This document shows, in pieces, positions 23,947-24,000 of a stretch of 24,000 bases of DNA. Origin of the DNA: Ectothiorhodospiraceae bacterium. Lineage in GTDB: Bacteria; Pseudomonadota; Gammaproteobacteria; Nitrococcales; Aquisalimonadaceae. Both the position numbers and the translations under genes were made by a program. The stretch lies in NCBI GenBank assembly GCA_050485425.1, contig JBJHBJ010000008.1, positions 30,432-54,431 on the forward strand, given 5' to 3'. Below the pieces are notes generated by a model. The model did no database searches and was not told the DNA's origin. It saw only the letters and a program-made list of their open reading frames with translations. How positions within the stretch are numbered: the first letter of the stretch is position 1; each line of letters begins with the position of its first letter.

Positions 23947-24000
23947 ACAGCATCAGCGGGATACCGTTCTGGTGGTCGACGACTCCCCGGAGACGCTGGG
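23927..24000 (+). CDS. response regulator receiver protein, N-terminal fragment (continues beyond the window)
   Basis: The frame from ATG 23927 reads MTIKSPEQHQRDTVLVVDDSPETL, a typical receiver beta1 strand with the acidic DD pair. An in-frame GTG at 23906 is an alternative start. The gene overlaps the kinase stop by 20 nt and stays open to the window end. It is too short to appear in the ORF track. Confidence 0.55.
   Translation, partial: MTIKSPEQHQRDTVLVVDDSPETL

Overview
This is a GC-rich window with strong G/C bias at third codon positions. It looks like the chromosome of a high-GC gammaproteobacterium, though I cannot name the taxon from sequence alone. The content is mostly housekeeping, stress and detoxification genes. 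I see no rRNA, tRNA, CRISPR array, integrase, transposase, phage gene or recognisable defence system.

Gene order:
- 1-3628 (+): a 5'-truncated FAD monooxygenase, a PQQ-dependent sugar dehydrogenase lipoprotein, an SCO/SenC copper chaperone, and two small uncharacterised membrane proteins.
- 3648-6398 (-): an M20 peptidase, a PhzF-family isomerase and an OsmC-family protein.
- 6550-7454 (+): a tandem Hsp20 operon, divergent from the previous block. It has a good sigma32-type promoter and a clear intrinsic terminator.
- 7896-14366: a 6.5 kb block of regulator and detoxification pairs. It holds a small membrane protein, NmrA with a divergent AraC regulator, wrbA plus a DMT exporter with a divergent LysR regulator, and an ogt-like methyltransferase coupled to an AlkA-like glycosylase.
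- 15196-20204 (-): a complete urea ABC transporter operon, urtABCDE.
- 20506 to the window end (+): a 1146-aa hybrid histidine kinase, divergent from urtA, followed by an overlapping response-regulator gene that runs off the window.

The kinase is the most interesting object. Its sensor half looks like a 12-TM NCS1/cytosine-permease-like transporter. That is followed by an 8-Cys cluster, two more TM helices, and then HisKA, HATPase, receiver and an unassigned C-terminal module.

The second notable signal is a composite, heavily self-complementary repeat. It has CCCTACGC/GCGTAGGG-type stems. It occurs twice in the same orientation, at about 7536-7767 and 14419-14698, both in intergenic DNA.

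Many long ORFs in the six-frame track are antisense shadow ORFs typical of GC-rich DNA, and I did not call them.
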